Part shown: piece by piece, positions 7,687 to 16,330 of the stretch
How positions within the stretch are numbered: position 1 is the stretch's first letter
How the letters are laid out: each line of letters starts with the position of its first letter
Source: an uncultured Clostridium sp.
Lineage (GTDB): Bacteria; Bacillota; Clostridia; TANB77; CAG-508
DNA length: 64,000 bases
NCBI GenBank assembly: GCA_947064765.1
Contig: CAMSWH010000005.1
Location: 1,853 to 65,852 of the forward strand
Direction of reading: 5' to 3'
Position numbers and translations under genes: made by a program
The notes under the pieces: generated by a model
Database searches by the model: none
Seen by the model: only the letters and a program-made list of their open reading frames with translations
Told to the model about the DNA's origin: nothing

Positions 7687-7794
7687 ATGAAGAAATTAAT
7701 TGAATTTGCGCAAATGTGTTTTGTGCTAGGAATAATTTTTGGAATAATACCAGCGTTCTGCTGTGGAATAATATTTAAAATTTTTGGATTATAG
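7687..7794 (+). CDS. 35-aa hydrophobic peptide
   Basis: MKKLIEFAQMCFVLGIIFGIIPAFCCGIIFKIFGL has one predicted TM segment. Below the ORF-track cutoff. Confidence 0.3.
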   Translation: MKKLIEFAQMCFVLGIIFGIIPAFCCGIIFKIFGL

Positions 7795-7807
7795 AAAGGG
7801 GGTAAAT

Positions 7808-7918
7808 ATGTTTGAAAAGATAATAAAGAAATATAAAGATAAGAAATATTTAAGAAACATGAAAAAAACTTTAAAACGAATGAAAGGAGAGTTAGAACAA
7901 TGTTACAAGCCTTATTAA
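7808..7918 (+). CDS. 36-aa basic peptide
   Basis: SD AAAGGGGG precedes the ATG at 7808. MFEKIIKKYKDKKYLRNMKKTLKRMKGELEQCYKPY. Confidence 0.3.
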   Translation: MFEKIIKKYKDKKYLRNMKKTLKRMKGELEQCYKPY

Positions 7919-8145
7919 ATGTGTTTTTATACATACCTAGAAAGATTTATAGACATTTTGAGTATGTTAAAGATTTAGAAAGTAAAAATGCAAAATTAAA
8001 AGAAGATGTAAAAAACAGAGATTTATTACTAAAAAGAATAGAACATGAGAGTAATGAAGGAATGAAAAGTAATTGCTTAACACATTATAGTAAATTACAA
8101 AAAATAAAAAAACTAGCCCAAACGTTCTCCCCAGAACAAAGCTAG
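7900..8145 (+). CDS. hypothetical early protein (coiled-coil)
   Basis: SD AAGGAGAG lies 9 nt upstream. 81 aa. Confidence 0.5.
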   Translation: MLQALLNVFLYIPRKIYRHFEYVKDLESKNAKLKEDVKNRDLLLKRIEHESNEGMKSNCLTHYSKLQKIKKLAQTFSPEQS

Positions 8146-8230
8146 TTATATATAAACAATGTTTGTTTATATGCCTTTAATTATATTAACATAAAATTTT
8201 AGAAAAGTCAAGAAAAGAGGAATTTTTAAT

Positions 8231-9109
8231 ATGAATAGTAAGAATATAGCAAAATCATTAAATGCAAAATTAACTGATTGGTGCAATAGTATTGATGATA
8301 AAGATGTTGTAAAAACGATAAAAGAAAATGCCATAGTTACAGGTGGAGCATTTGTTAGTTTGTTAAATGGAGAGAAACCAAATGACTATGACATATATTT
8401 TAAAACAAAAGATGCTGTAAAAGAAATAGCAGAATACTATGCTAATAAATGGAATGAAACACATAAAGACAAAGCAATAGTAACGATTACAGATGAAGAT
8501 GATAAAATACAATGTTTTATAAAATCCTCAGGTGCAGTAATGGAAGATGAGGAAAATGGTATTGATGATGAATCAAAAAATACAGAGCCTTTTATAGAGG
8601 AAAATGAAGAAGAACAAAAGGAAGAAAAGCCTAAGTATAGACCTAGATATTTTTCAACGAACGCAATTTCATTGTCTAATGATATACAAATAATTATTAG
8701 ATTTTATGGAGAAGTTGATGAAATTCATACTAATTATGATTTTATTCATTGTACTTGTAGTTATGATTTTAAAGAAAATAAAGTCAATTTACCTTCAAGA
8801 GCATTAGAAGCAATTATAAATAAAGAATTATATTATGTGGGAAGTAAGTATCCATTATGTAGTATTATTCGCACTAGAAAATTTATAAAAAGAGGTTGGA
8901 ATATAAATGCAGGACAATATTTAAAAATGGTATTACAGCTTAATGAATTAGATTTAAAAGATTTAAATGTATTTAAGGACCAATTAACAGGAGTAGATAG
9001 TGCTTATTTTAACCAAGCTATAAATATGATTATAGAAAAGCAAGAAGAAGATAGTTCTTTCAAAATAGATAATACATATTTGTTTGAAATTATAAACAGA
9101 ATTTTTTAA
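8231..9109 (+). CDS. Pol-beta superfamily nucleotidyltransferase-like protein (CCA-adding/poly(A) polymerase head-type motif)
   Basis: TGGAFVSLLNGEKPNDYDIYF fits G-G-x12-D-x-D of the GGAVRD.LLG....D.D head-domain motif. An acidic insert follows at residues ~95-135. Confidence 0.45.
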   Translation: MNSKNIAKSLNAKLTDWCNSIDDKDVVKTIKENAIVTGGAFVSLLNGEKPNDYDIYFKTKDAVKEIAEYYANKWNETHKDKAIVTITDEDDKIQCFIKSSGAVMEDEENGIDDESKNTEPFIEENEEEQKEEKPKYRPRYFSTNAISLSNDIQIIIRFYGEVDEIHTNYDFIHCTCSYDFKENKVNLPSRALEAIINKELYYVGSKYPLCSIIRTRKFIKRGWNINAGQYLKMVLQLNELDLKDLNVFKDQLTGVDSAYFNQAINMIIEKQEEDSSFKIDNTYLFEIINRIF

Positions 9110-9120
9110 TAGGAGGAAAT

Positions 9121-9951
9121 ATGAAAGATTTAATAATAATAAAACAGTTACCAATTATTGAACAACAGTTAAAAACTGTTAGTGAAGAAATTGATAAAAA
9201 AATAGAAAATGTAGATGATTTAGTTTGTACAGAAGAAACAGTAAAGACAGTAAAGGAAATTAGAGCAGAACTAAACAAAGAATTTAAAGAATTTGAAACA
9301 AAAAGAAAAGAAGTAAAAGAAAAAATATTAGCTCCATATGAGCAATTTGAAAATATTTATAAAGAATGTATATCAGAAAAATTTAAAAAAGCTGATGCTG
9401 ATTTAAAGAATAAAGTAGATAGTGTTGAGAATGAATTGAAAAGTAAAAAAGAACAAGAAATAAAAGAATACTTTGAAGAATATAAAAAAGCATCTAACAT
9501 TGATTTTGTGACATTTGAACAAGCCAAAATAAATGTAATTTTATCAGCTAGTATCAAATCATTAAAAGAACAAGCAAAAGATTTTATAGATAAAAGAATA
9601 AAGGATTTACAATTAATTGATACTCAAGAATATAAAGAAGAAATAATAGTTGAATATAAACAAACGTTAGATGTGAGTAAATCAATTACTACAGTTTTAA
9701 ATAGAAAAGAGCAGATAAAAAAAGAAATTGAAATAAAAGAAAGACAGGAACAAGAAAGAAAGAGAATACAAGAAAATTTAACAAAATTTGAAGAGCATGA
9801 AATAGCAGAGCAAAACGAAGTTTTAGAAGCACCAAAAATTGAAACAAAATCACAAGAAATTCTAACATTGAGATTTACAGTAAGAGGAAGTAGAGAGAAA
9901 TTAAAAGAATTAAAAGAATTTTTAGAACAAGGAGGATATGATTATGAGTAA
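9121..9951 (+). CDS. DUF1351-like protein of the recombination module
   Basis: 276-aa K/E-rich coiled-coil protein immediately upstream of, and overlapping, recT. That is the usual DUF1351 position in Firmicute siphoviruses. Confidence 0.5.
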   Translation: MKDLIIIKQLPIIEQQLKTVSEEIDKKIENVDDLVCTEETVKTVKEIRAELNKEFKEFETKRKEVKEKILAPYEQFENIYKECISEKFKKADADLKNKVDSVENELKSKKEQEIKEYFEEYKKASNIDFVTFEQAKINVILSASIKSLKEQAKDFIDKRIKDLQLIDTQEYKEEIIVEYKQTLDVSKSITTVLNRKEQIKKEIEIKERQEQERKRIQENLTKFEEHEIAEQNEVLEAPKIETKSQEILTLRFTVRGSREKLKELKEFLEQGGYDYE

Positions 9952-10630
9952 TGAGAAAAATGAAAAACAAGAATTAATGGTTAAATTTGATGTTGATGGA
10001 CAAGAAATTAAATTAACAAAGAAAATTGTTCAAGAATATATAGTTGGTACAGATGTAGAAATAACAAATCAAGAATTTAAGTTATTTACAGAGCTTTGTA
10101 AAGTTAGGAAGTTAAATCCATTTTTAAGAGAAGCATATTTAATAAAATACAAAGCAGGAACACCAGCTCAGTTAGTAGTTGGAAAAGATGCGATTTTAAA
10201 AAGAGCAGTTTTAAATTCAAATTATGATGGAATAGAAAGCGGAATAATAGTTCAAAAAGAAGATGGAAGTATAGAAGAAAGACAAGGCACTTTTAGATTA
10301 GGAGAAGAAAGGTTAGTAGGTGGATGGGCAAGAGTATTTAGAAAAGATTGGTCACATCCTACATATTCAAGCGTAAGTTTTAATGAAGTAGCACAAAAAA
10401 CAGGACAAGGTCAATTAAATTCAAATTGGAATAGTAAAGGTGCAACTATGGTAGAAAAAGTTGCAAAGGTAAGAGCTTTAAGAGAAACATTTGTTGAAGA
10501 TTTAGCAGGAATGTATGAAGCAGAAGAAATGCAACAAGAGATACAACAGCAAGAAGAAATTATTGAAGTACAAGCAGACATAGTTGAACAAAATGAAGAA
10601 GTAAAAGAAGTGAGTATGAATGAATTATAA
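9938..10630 (+). CDS. recT: RecT-family single-strand annealing protein
   Basis: Motifs FKLFTELCKVRKLNPFLREAYLIKY and GATMVEKVAKVRALRE are typical of phage RecT/Bet. Confidence 0.85.
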   Translation: MIMSNEKNEKQELMVKFDVDGQEIKLTKKIVQEYIVGTDVEITNQEFKLFTELCKVRKLNPFLREAYLIKYKAGTPAQLVVGKDAILKRAVLNSNYDGIESGIIVQKEDGSIEERQGTFRLGEERLVGGWARVFRKDWSHPTYSSVSFNEVAQKTGQGQLNSNWNSKGATMVEKVAKVRALRETFVEDLAGMYEAEEMQQEIQQQEEIIEVQADIVEQNEEVKEVSMNEL

Positions 10631-11255
10631 AATTATATCTAGTTGTAGTACAGGTAATGCAACTATAGTAAAAGATGTTGTTTTAATAGATTGTGGTGTT
10701 ACTTTTAAAAAAATAGAAAAGTATTATAAAAAATTAAAATTAGTGTTATTAACACATATTCATTCAGACCATTTCAAAAAAGAAACTATAAAAAGATTAG
10801 CAAAGGAAAGACCAACTTTAAGATTTGCTTGTTGTGAATGGTTATTAAATCAATTATTAGAATGTGGAGTTAATAGAAAAAATATAGACGTTTTAAATAT
10901 AGGTATTAAGTATGATTATAAATTATTAAAGATAATTCCAGTAAAACTCTATCATGATGTACCTCAATGTGGATATAGAGTATTATTTGACGATTATAAA
11001 GTTATTTATATGACTGATACAAGAACAGTAGAAGGTATAAGTGCCTCAAACTATGATTTGTATTTAGTAGAGGGAAATTATGACGAAGAAGAAATAGAAG
11101 AACGAATAAAAGAAAAACAGAAAAATTGTGAGTATGTATATGAGTTTAGGGCAAAAAGTAGCCATTTAAGCATACAGCAAGCAAGTGAATTTTTATTAAA
11201 TAATATGGGAGAAAATTCAGAATATGTGTTAATGCATCAACATATAGAAAGGTAA
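10620..11255 (+). CDS. MBL-fold metallo-hydrolase (probable recombination-associated nuclease)
   Basis: LLTHIHSDH (HxHxDH motif). 211 aa. Overlaps the recT stop. Confidence 0.65.
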   Translation: MNYKIISSCSTGNATIVKDVVLIDCGVTFKKIEKYYKKLKLVLLTHIHSDHFKKETIKRLAKERPTLRFACCEWLLNQLLECGVNRKNIDVLNIGIKYDYKLLKIIPVKLYHDVPQCGYRVLFDDYKVIYMTDTRTVEGISASNYDLYLVEGNYDEEEIEERIKEKQKNCEYVYEFRAKSSHLSIQQASEFLLNNMGENSEYVLMHQHIER

Positions 11256-11259
11256 ATTA

Positions 11260-11796
11260 ATGGAAGCAACAGGAACAATAGAACAAATTAATACAGATTT
11301 TAAAAATAATCAAACAATTTTGACTTTAAAACTTAATAGTAATGAATTTACTAGTTTGCAAAAATTAAAGGACGTAAAAGTCAATGTCGAAGTAAAGAAA
11401 TGGTATAAGAAAAGATCTAAAAATGCAAATGATTATTGTTGGGTTTTATGTGATGAAATTGCTAAGAAACTATCTTTAGAAGGAACTAGCATAACAAAAG
11501 AAGATGTATATAAAGATACAATATTAAATATTGGTAGATTTCAAGCAATGATATTAGAAGAAAAAGCTTTAGATACTTTTAAGAAGATTTGGAATGAAAA
11601 AGGTTTAGGATATTTAGTTCAAGAAGTATGCAAAAAAGATAAATGTGTAAAAATACATGCTTATTACGGCTCTAGTAGCTATGATAGTAAAGAAATGAGT
11701 TTATTAATTAATAATCTTGTTGAATTAGCAAAAGAATTAGATATAGAAACTAAACAACAATCTGAAATTGATAGTTTATTGAGGGAATGGAAATGA
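11260..11796 (+). CDS. NinB/Orf-like recombination mediator
   Basis: KKRSKNANDYCWVLCDEIAKKL and YGSSSYDSKEMSLLINNLVELAKELDIET parallel the lambda Orf segments RNRSLDQN..LWA and GQSTSRM...EF..LLE. Alignment by eye. Confidence 0.5.
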   Translation: MEATGTIEQINTDFKNNQTILTLKLNSNEFTSLQKLKDVKVNVEVKKWYKKRSKNANDYCWVLCDEIAKKLSLEGTSITKEDVYKDTILNIGRFQAMILEEKALDTFKKIWNEKGLGYLVQEVCKKDKCVKIHAYYGSSSYDSKEMSLLINNLVELAKELDIETKQQSEIDSLLREWK

Positions 11797-12080
11797 AAGA
11801 AAATGTTAGTATTATGTTTAGAGATGATATGTGGGAAATTGAAAGATTTGAAGGAAGTCATAAACATCATATTTTTGGTGGTGCTAATAGAAAATTAAGT
11901 GAACAAGATGGATTGTTTATATATCTAACACCAGAAATGCACAATATGAGTGATGCAGGAATACATTTTAACACGGCTTTTATGGATTATGCTCATGTTG
12001 TGGGGCAAAGGACATGGCAAGAGTATTATAAAAAAACAAAAGAAGATTTTATAAAGAGATATGGCAGAAGTTATTTATAA
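11787..12080 (+). CDS. conserved small phage protein (HHIFGG..NRK..SE motif)
   Basis: HKHHIFGGANRKLSEQDGLFIYLTPEMHN is a motif I recall from Firmicute prophage replication/recombination modules. Function unknown. Confidence 0.5.
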   Translation: MEMKENVSIMFRDDMWEIERFEGSHKHHIFGGANRKLSEQDGLFIYLTPEMHNMSDAGIHFNTAFMDYAHVVGQRTWQEYYKKTKEDFIKRYGRSYL

Positions 12081-12098
12081 ACAGAAAGGAGATAAGAT

Positions 12099-12650
12099 GT
12101 GGAAGAAGGATACATCAAATTATTTAGAAAAATATTAAAATCTCCGATATTTAAAAATGAAAAAGCACTAAAAATTTGGGTTTGGTGTTTATGCAAAGCA
12201 ACATATACAGAAAGAGAACACCTTGTAGGTCAACAGATAGTACATTTAAAAGAGGGACAATTTGTATTTGGAAGAAAGACAGCAAGTGATGAATTAGATA
12301 TGAATGAAAGTACAGTTTATAAGTATATGAAGGTACTGGAAAAATTAAAAATGTGTAACATCAAAAGTAACAACAAATTTTCTGTTGTAACTATTGAAAA
12401 TTGGCAGGAATATCAAATCCAAGAATTTAAAAATAACAGCAAAAATGACAACAAAAGAACAACAAAAGAACACAAACAAGAATATAAAGAAATATATTTA
12501 TATTATTTAAATAAATATAAAAGCGAAAATTTAAAAACATTTTTTGAAAAGATGAAATTTTTAAGAAAAATAAAAGAAGAAGAAAGATATAAAGAGCTTA
12601 GTTTAGAAGATGAAAAGGAATTAACAAACATAATTTTAAGTGAAAATTAA
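12099..12650 (+). CDS. replisome-organizer-like protein (N-terminal winged helix)
   Basis: GTG start. GYIKLFRKILKSPIFKNEKALKIWVWCL ... ESTVYKYMKVLEKL is typical of phage replication-organizer N-domains. The gene contains iteron-like repeats. Confidence 0.45.
   Translation: MEEGYIKLFRKILKSPIFKNEKALKIWVWCLCKATYTEREHLVGQQIVHLKEGQFVFGRKTASDELDMNESTVYKYMKVLEKLKMCNIKSNNKFSVVTIENWQEYQIQEFKNNSKNDNKRTTKEHKQEYKEIYLYYLNKYKSENLKTFFEKMKFLRKIKEEERYKELSLEDEKELTNIILSEN
12448..12481 (+). repeat. iteron-like 11-bp tandem repeats followed by an AT-rich stretch (candidate phage ori)
   Basis: acaacaaaaga (12448-12458), acaacaaaaga (12459-12469), acacaaacaaga (12470-12481), then about 60 nt of almost pure A/T. 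Confidence 0.45.
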
Positions 12651-12668
12651 ACAAAGGAGGAAACTTAA

Positions 12669-13001
12669 ATGGTAACAGAAATGACAAGACAATTAAGTTT
12701 TGAAGATATAAAACCTAAACGATTAACAAGATACTTACAGATAATTGAAATAATAGCAGATAAAGAAATGACAGCAAGAGAAATTGAACAAGAAATGAAT
12801 AAAAAAGGATATTCAAAATACTTTGATATGAACCATGTAAGACCTAGACTTACAGAGTTAGTTAATGAATATCACGAATTAATAGAATGTGGAATGGAAG
12901 AAGATTATATAACACATAAAAAAGTAGCTGTATATAGAAAGGCAACAGAGCAAGAGAAAATGGAATTAGACAATCAAAACCATATTCCATACATAGATTA
13001 G
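12669..13001 (+). CDS. hypothetical winged-helix-like protein
   Basis: SD AAAGGAGGAAA. 110 aa. LQIIEIIADKEMTAREIEQEM...RPRLTELV looks like a wHTH. Confidence 0.5.
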   Translation: MVTEMTRQLSFEDIKPKRLTRYLQIIEIIADKEMTAREIEQEMNKKGYSKYFDMNHVRPRLTELVNEYHELIECGMEEDYITHKKVAVYRKATEQEKMELDNQNHIPYID

Positions 13002-13010
13002 GTGTAGCTT

Positions 13011-13199
13011 ATGGGATATGTACAATTAATAGAAAGTTGTCAAAAGGCAATAGAGCAAGGTAGGTGTTTAGGTTGTACAGCATTAGAAAATCCTTATTTT
13101 ATGGGAAATCAAAATTGTGAATATAGCAAACAGCCTACAGCAAAGGAAAGCATAAACAAAATACATGAGATTTTAGGAATACAAGAGAAATTAATATAA
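13011..13199 (+). CDS. hypothetical Cys-containing small protein
   Basis: 62 aa with CLGC....C. Confidence 0.45.
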   Translation: MGYVQLIESCQKAIEQGRCLGCTALENPYFMGNQNCEYSKQPTAKESINKIHEILGIQEKLI

Positions 13200-13221
13200 A
13201 TTAAAGAAAAGAGGAGCAAAT

Positions 13222-13464
13222 ATGATTATACAAAATTCAATAGTAGTTTTTGAAGGTGGAGATATAGGAACAGCAAGCAGATATGATGAGAAAAGAAAAA
13301 TAGGAGAATTGTCATTTCAAAATTTAGAGAATGATACTGAGATTGGTGTGAATTATGAAAGTGATGATAATTATTTTCCTGTAAGTTTAATATTTAAGAA
13401 ATCAGAAAGTATTGATGCAGTGATAAAGCAATTACAAACTATAAAAGAAAAAATGGAGGATTAA
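13222..13464 (+). CDS. hypothetical protein
   Basis: SD AAGAGGAG. 80 aa. Confidence 0.5.
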   Translation: MIIQNSIVVFEGGDIGTASRYDEKRKIGELSFQNLENDTEIGVNYESDDNYFPVSLIFKKSESIDAVIKQLQTIKEKMED

Positions 13465-13467
13465 GAA

Positions 13468-13680
13468 ATGGACAGATATGTAATTAGAGATACAAATAAT
13501 TGTGAATTTTTAGAAATGATAAGTAATGCAGGTGTAAAAACAACTGATGAATTAACAGATGCAATAATTTTTGAAGATTTAGAACAAGCTATAAAATTAT
13601 TAGAATTTATTAATGATGATGATTTTATAATAGCAGAAATAGAATTTAAGTTTGTAAAGGAGTTAGAAAATGAAAAATAA
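13468..13680 (+). CDS. hypothetical strongly acidic protein
   Basis: 70 aa with about 19 D/E against about 7 K/R. Confidence 0.5.
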   Translation: MDRYVIRDTNNCEFLEMISNAGVKTTDELTDAIIFEDLEQAIKLLEFINDDDFIIAEIEFKFVKELENEK

Positions 13681-14035
13681 AATAAAACTAATAACATTAA
13701 TAGTATTAATAATAGTTAGCTTGTTTATATTAACAGGGTGTAGTAATGAAAATATAAATTCAGAAAATTTACAAAGTGAAAAAATAGAAGAAGTAATAAC
13801 AGTAAAAGATAAATGGATTAAAAGAACAGAGGATAGAGACTTATATATGATAGGAACAGAAAACGAAGTTTTTAAAATTGAAGATAACGCATTTATTTTT
13901 AAGTTTGATAGTTCTGATATATATAATCAAATGGAAGTAGGAAAACAATACAAAATTAAAACAACAGGAGTAAGAAATAATTTTATGAGTTGGTACAGAA
14001 ACATAAATTCAATAGAATTATATGAAGGAGAGTAG
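13670..14035 (+). CDS. prophage-encoded lipoprotein (DUF1523-like body)
   Basis: Signal peptide MKNKIKLITLIVLIIVSLFILTGC with lipobox LTGC. The C-terminal FKFDSSDIYNQ...GVRNNFMSWYRNI resembles DUF1523 by eye. Confidence 0.55.
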   Translation: MKNKIKLITLIVLIIVSLFILTGCSNENINSENLQSEKIEEVITVKDKWIKRTEDRDLYMIGTENEVFKIEDNAFIFKFDSSDIYNQMEVGKQYKIKTTGVRNNFMSWYRNINSIELYEGE

Positions 14036-14036
14036 T

Positions 14037-14399
14037 ATGAGAGAAATAGAATTTAAGGCATGGAGTACTGTAGAAAGAAAAATGTTGAGTTGGAATGAAC
14101 TTTTAGATATTGATTTAAGAGATACATTTGTAGCACCAAAAGCTACAGGATTAATTCTTATGCAATATACAGGCTTAAAAGATAAAAACGGAGCTAAGAT
14201 ATATGATGGAGATATAATATCTATTCAAGGAGATTTAAAAAATTTTATATCTAAAATAGAATGGAAACAAGAAATAAGCTCTTTTATTATAGAAGATTAT
14301 GGAGTATTAAATATAGATATACTTGATTTTATTCAAGTAATAGGCAACATATATGACAATCCAGAATTATTAGAGAAGGAGAATACAGATGTCAAATAA
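14037..14399 (+). CDS. YopX-family phage protein
   Basis: IEFKAW...QYTGLKDKNGAKIYDGDII...IGNIYDNPELLE. ATG 14037 follows SD AAGGAGAG. Confidence 0.75.
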   Translation: MREIEFKAWSTVERKMLSWNELLDIDLRDTFVAPKATGLILMQYTGLKDKNGAKIYDGDIISIQGDLKNFISKIEWKQEISSFIIEDYGVLNIDILDFIQVIGNIYDNPELLEKENTDVK

Positions 14400-14736
14400 T
14401 ATAGAAAAAGCAATAGATAGGTGTAGAAAAATAATTACAACAAAGTTTAATAATGATTATTCAATAGATAGTGCAGATAAAGAAGCAATAGAAACAGTCT
14501 TACAAGCACTAGAAAATAGTATAAGCAAAGATAAAGTAAAAGAAAAGATAGGTGAAATAGATTTAAAAATAAATAATCTAAAAATAGAAATAAATAAAAC
14601 TTTAAGAGAAAATGAAGAGGCAAGAAATGAAACAGAAATATATATAAATGAGCAATATCTTGAACGTTTAGAAATAGAACTTGAAACATTAGAAAATACT
14701 CAAAAAGTTTTACAAGAATTATTGGAGGACAAGTAA
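14389..14736 (+). CDS. hypothetical coiled-coil protein
   Basis: 115 aa, heptad-like. Confidence 0.5.
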   Translation: MSNNIEKAIDRCRKIITTKFNNDYSIDSADKEAIETVLQALENSISKDKVKEKIGEIDLKINNLKIEINKTLRENEEARNETEIYINEQYLERLEIELETLENTQKVLQELLEDK

Positions 14737-14737
14737 T

Positions 14738-14896
14738 ATGAAATATCAAATAATATTTGGCTTAACAGGATTCTGGTTTAAAAAATTAAATAAAGAAGAA
14801 ACAGATTTAGCTTATATATATGAATGGGCAGTAGGACTAGGATTTATTGAAATAAGAAAATGGAGGAAATCTAATGTTAAAAATAGCAGAATATAG
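14738..14896 (+). CDS. 52-aa hypothetical protein
   Basis: SD TTGGAGGA precedes the ATG at 14738. MKYQIIFGLTGFWFKKLNKEE.... Below the ORF-track cutoff. Confidence 0.3.
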   Translation: MKYQIIFGLTGFWFKKLNKEETDLAYIYEWAVGLGFIEIRKWRKSNVKNSRI

Positions 14897-15185
14897 AAAA
14901 GTCTTAGGTGAAGATGGAAAAAGCATAAGAAGAGAAAAGATAGACTTAAAAGAATTAGAGAAGTTTGGATACACATTAGAAGACTGGGACAATTATTATC
15001 GAAAAAAAGAAGATGGATACAATGTTCAAATAAATATTTTTGATAGAGAAATATTAGTTTATAAATTTAGAGAAAATTCTAACTGGGGAGATTATATAGG
15101 ACAATTAAAAGAAGATGCAGAGAAATTAAAACAATATATACCAGATTTATTAGAGGTAAATATAGTAGAGAAAGTAGAGGAGTGA
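14874..15185 (+). CDS. hypothetical protein
   Basis: SD TGGAGGAAA. 103 aa. Confidence 0.5.
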   Translation: MLKIAEYRKVLGEDGKSIRREKIDLKELEKFGYTLEDWDNYYRKKEDGYNVQINIFDREILVYKFRENSNWGDYIGQLKEDAEKLKQYIPDLLEVNIVEKVEE

Positions 15186-15189
15186 TTAT

Positions 15190-15477
15190 ATGAACGAAGA
15201 TAAAATAGAATTAACAGATACAGCAGTAAATTTATTGTTGTTTATGAAGGATAAAGAAATTAGATTTGAAGAAAATGAAATAGTTACATGGATAAGTTTT
15301 TATGATATTAAAGAATTTTGCGAATTGTTTAATTCTAGTATGTTTATTGATGAAGGAGGAATAGATGTAAGACTTCAACAAGAATGTATAACATTAGATT
15401 TGAAAGAAATAATAGAATATCATTTTTCGCCTGAAGAAAACGAATATATAACTAAAAAATTAAAAGAAATGGAGTGA
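15190..15477 (+). CDS. hypothetical acidic protein
   Basis: 95 aa, E/D-rich. Confidence 0.5.
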   Translation: MNEDKIELTDTAVNLLLFMKDKEIRFEENEIVTWISFYDIKEFCELFNSSMFIDEGGIDVRLQQECITLDLKEIIEYHFSPEENEYITKKLKEME

Positions 15478-15482
15478 TTTAA

Positions 15483-15899
15483 TTGAGTGAAATAGAAAAA
15501 GACAAAATAGTAACTATAAATTGCTTAAGATTAAATCGTTCAAGAAGTAAGTTTTGTGATTGCTACCAATATGGAGAAAAAACTCCAAAATATGAAATTG
15601 ATACAACAAACAGAACAGTAGAATGTAGATATTGTCAAACAATGGTAGACTCATTTGATGCTTTAGTAAATATTGCTAAAAACTATGAAAATATACAAGA
15701 CGAAGTAAAAAGAGCAATAGATTATAAAAATGAATTAATGAACTATAAACCATATTTAAGACAAGCTAAAAGATATGAACAGATGATGAGAGACAAAGAT
15801 ATGTTGCCAGTATGTCCAAATTGCAACGAAGCTTTTGAATGGCAAGACATTACAGGAATGACTAATAAAAGATTTTTGAAGAGGAAAGTTATAAAGTAG
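15483..15899 (+). CDS. hypothetical zinc-ribbon-like protein
   Basis: TTG start. Cys pairs CDC...CRYC and CPNC. Confidence 0.45.
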   Translation: MSEIEKDKIVTINCLRLNRSRSKFCDCYQYGEKTPKYEIDTTNRTVECRYCQTMVDSFDALVNIAKNYENIQDEVKRAIDYKNELMNYKPYLRQAKRYEQMMRDKDMLPVCPNCNEAFEWQDITGMTNKRFLKRKVIK

Positions 15900-15907
15900 G
15901 TGAGTAG

Positions 15908-16087
15908 ATGAACGAAAGTGTAACAATAAGTTTAGATAGATACAATGAATTTTTATTATATAAAGAAAAATATGATTTATTAATTGAAACACATAACTCT
16001 TTAATCGAAGTTTTAGAAGATGAAAATTTTGATTTAGAAAATCCATTACATAACAAAATATATAAAATTTATGAAAAATTATGTTAG
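15908..16087 (+). CDS. 59-aa hypothetical protein
   Basis: MNESVTISLDRYNEFLLYKEKYDLL.... Fills the gap between neighbouring genes. Just below the track cutoff. Confidence 0.35.
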   Translation: MNESVTISLDRYNEFLLYKEKYDLLIETHNSLIEVLEDENFDLENPLHNKIYKIYEKLC

Positions 16088-16096
16088 GAGGTAACA

Positions 16097-16330
16097 ATGC
16101 AAATAAGTGAAGAGGAATTAGATGAAATATTTGAAAAAATTATTGAAGAAATTAATTTAGAAAGTAAAAAAATTAGGAGTGATGCTTATGGCGTAACACC
16201 AGAAAGTAATTATTCAATAGCAATAAGAGATGAATTTAATAAAAATATAGGAAAAATAGAATTATGTGAAAGAATAAGAAGAGAAATAAAAAAAACATTA
16301 GATAAAAAGAGACAAATGGAGGCAGTTTAG
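16097..16330 (+). CDS. hypothetical protein
   Basis: SD TTAGGAGG. 77 aa. Confidence 0.5.
   Translation: MQISEEELDEIFEKIIEEINLESKKIRSDAYGVTPESNYSIAIRDEFNKNIGKIELCERIRREIKKTLDKKRQMEAV

Noticed and set aside
10620-11255. The MBL-fold protein as an Apyc1-like anti-Pycsar cyclic-nucleotide phosphodiesterase
   Set aside because: Only the generic HxHxDH motif is shared. The gene overlaps recT inside a DUF1351/RecT/NinB-like recombination module, where an MBL-fold nuclease partner is the simpler explanation. This cannot be excluded without structure or HMM comparison.
12097-12138. ATG-initiated 13-codon ORF at the start of the replication-organizer-like gene
   Set aside because: The overlapping GTG-initiated 183-aa frame gives a conserved-looking winged-helix N-terminus. 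The short ATG frame is most likely incidental.
14447-14749. Representative of about 40 minus-strand (and a few plus-strand) ORFs of 60-100 aa in the track that overlap longer genes (e.g. 3078-3266, 3701-3970, 7047-7241, 7635-7934, 21063-21359, 34144-34422, 51618-52088, 52283-52603)
   Set aside because: All are shadow frames with Leu/Phe/Ile/Tyr-rich low-complexity products. They lack ribosome-binding sites and sit wholly inside better-supported genes on the other strand.
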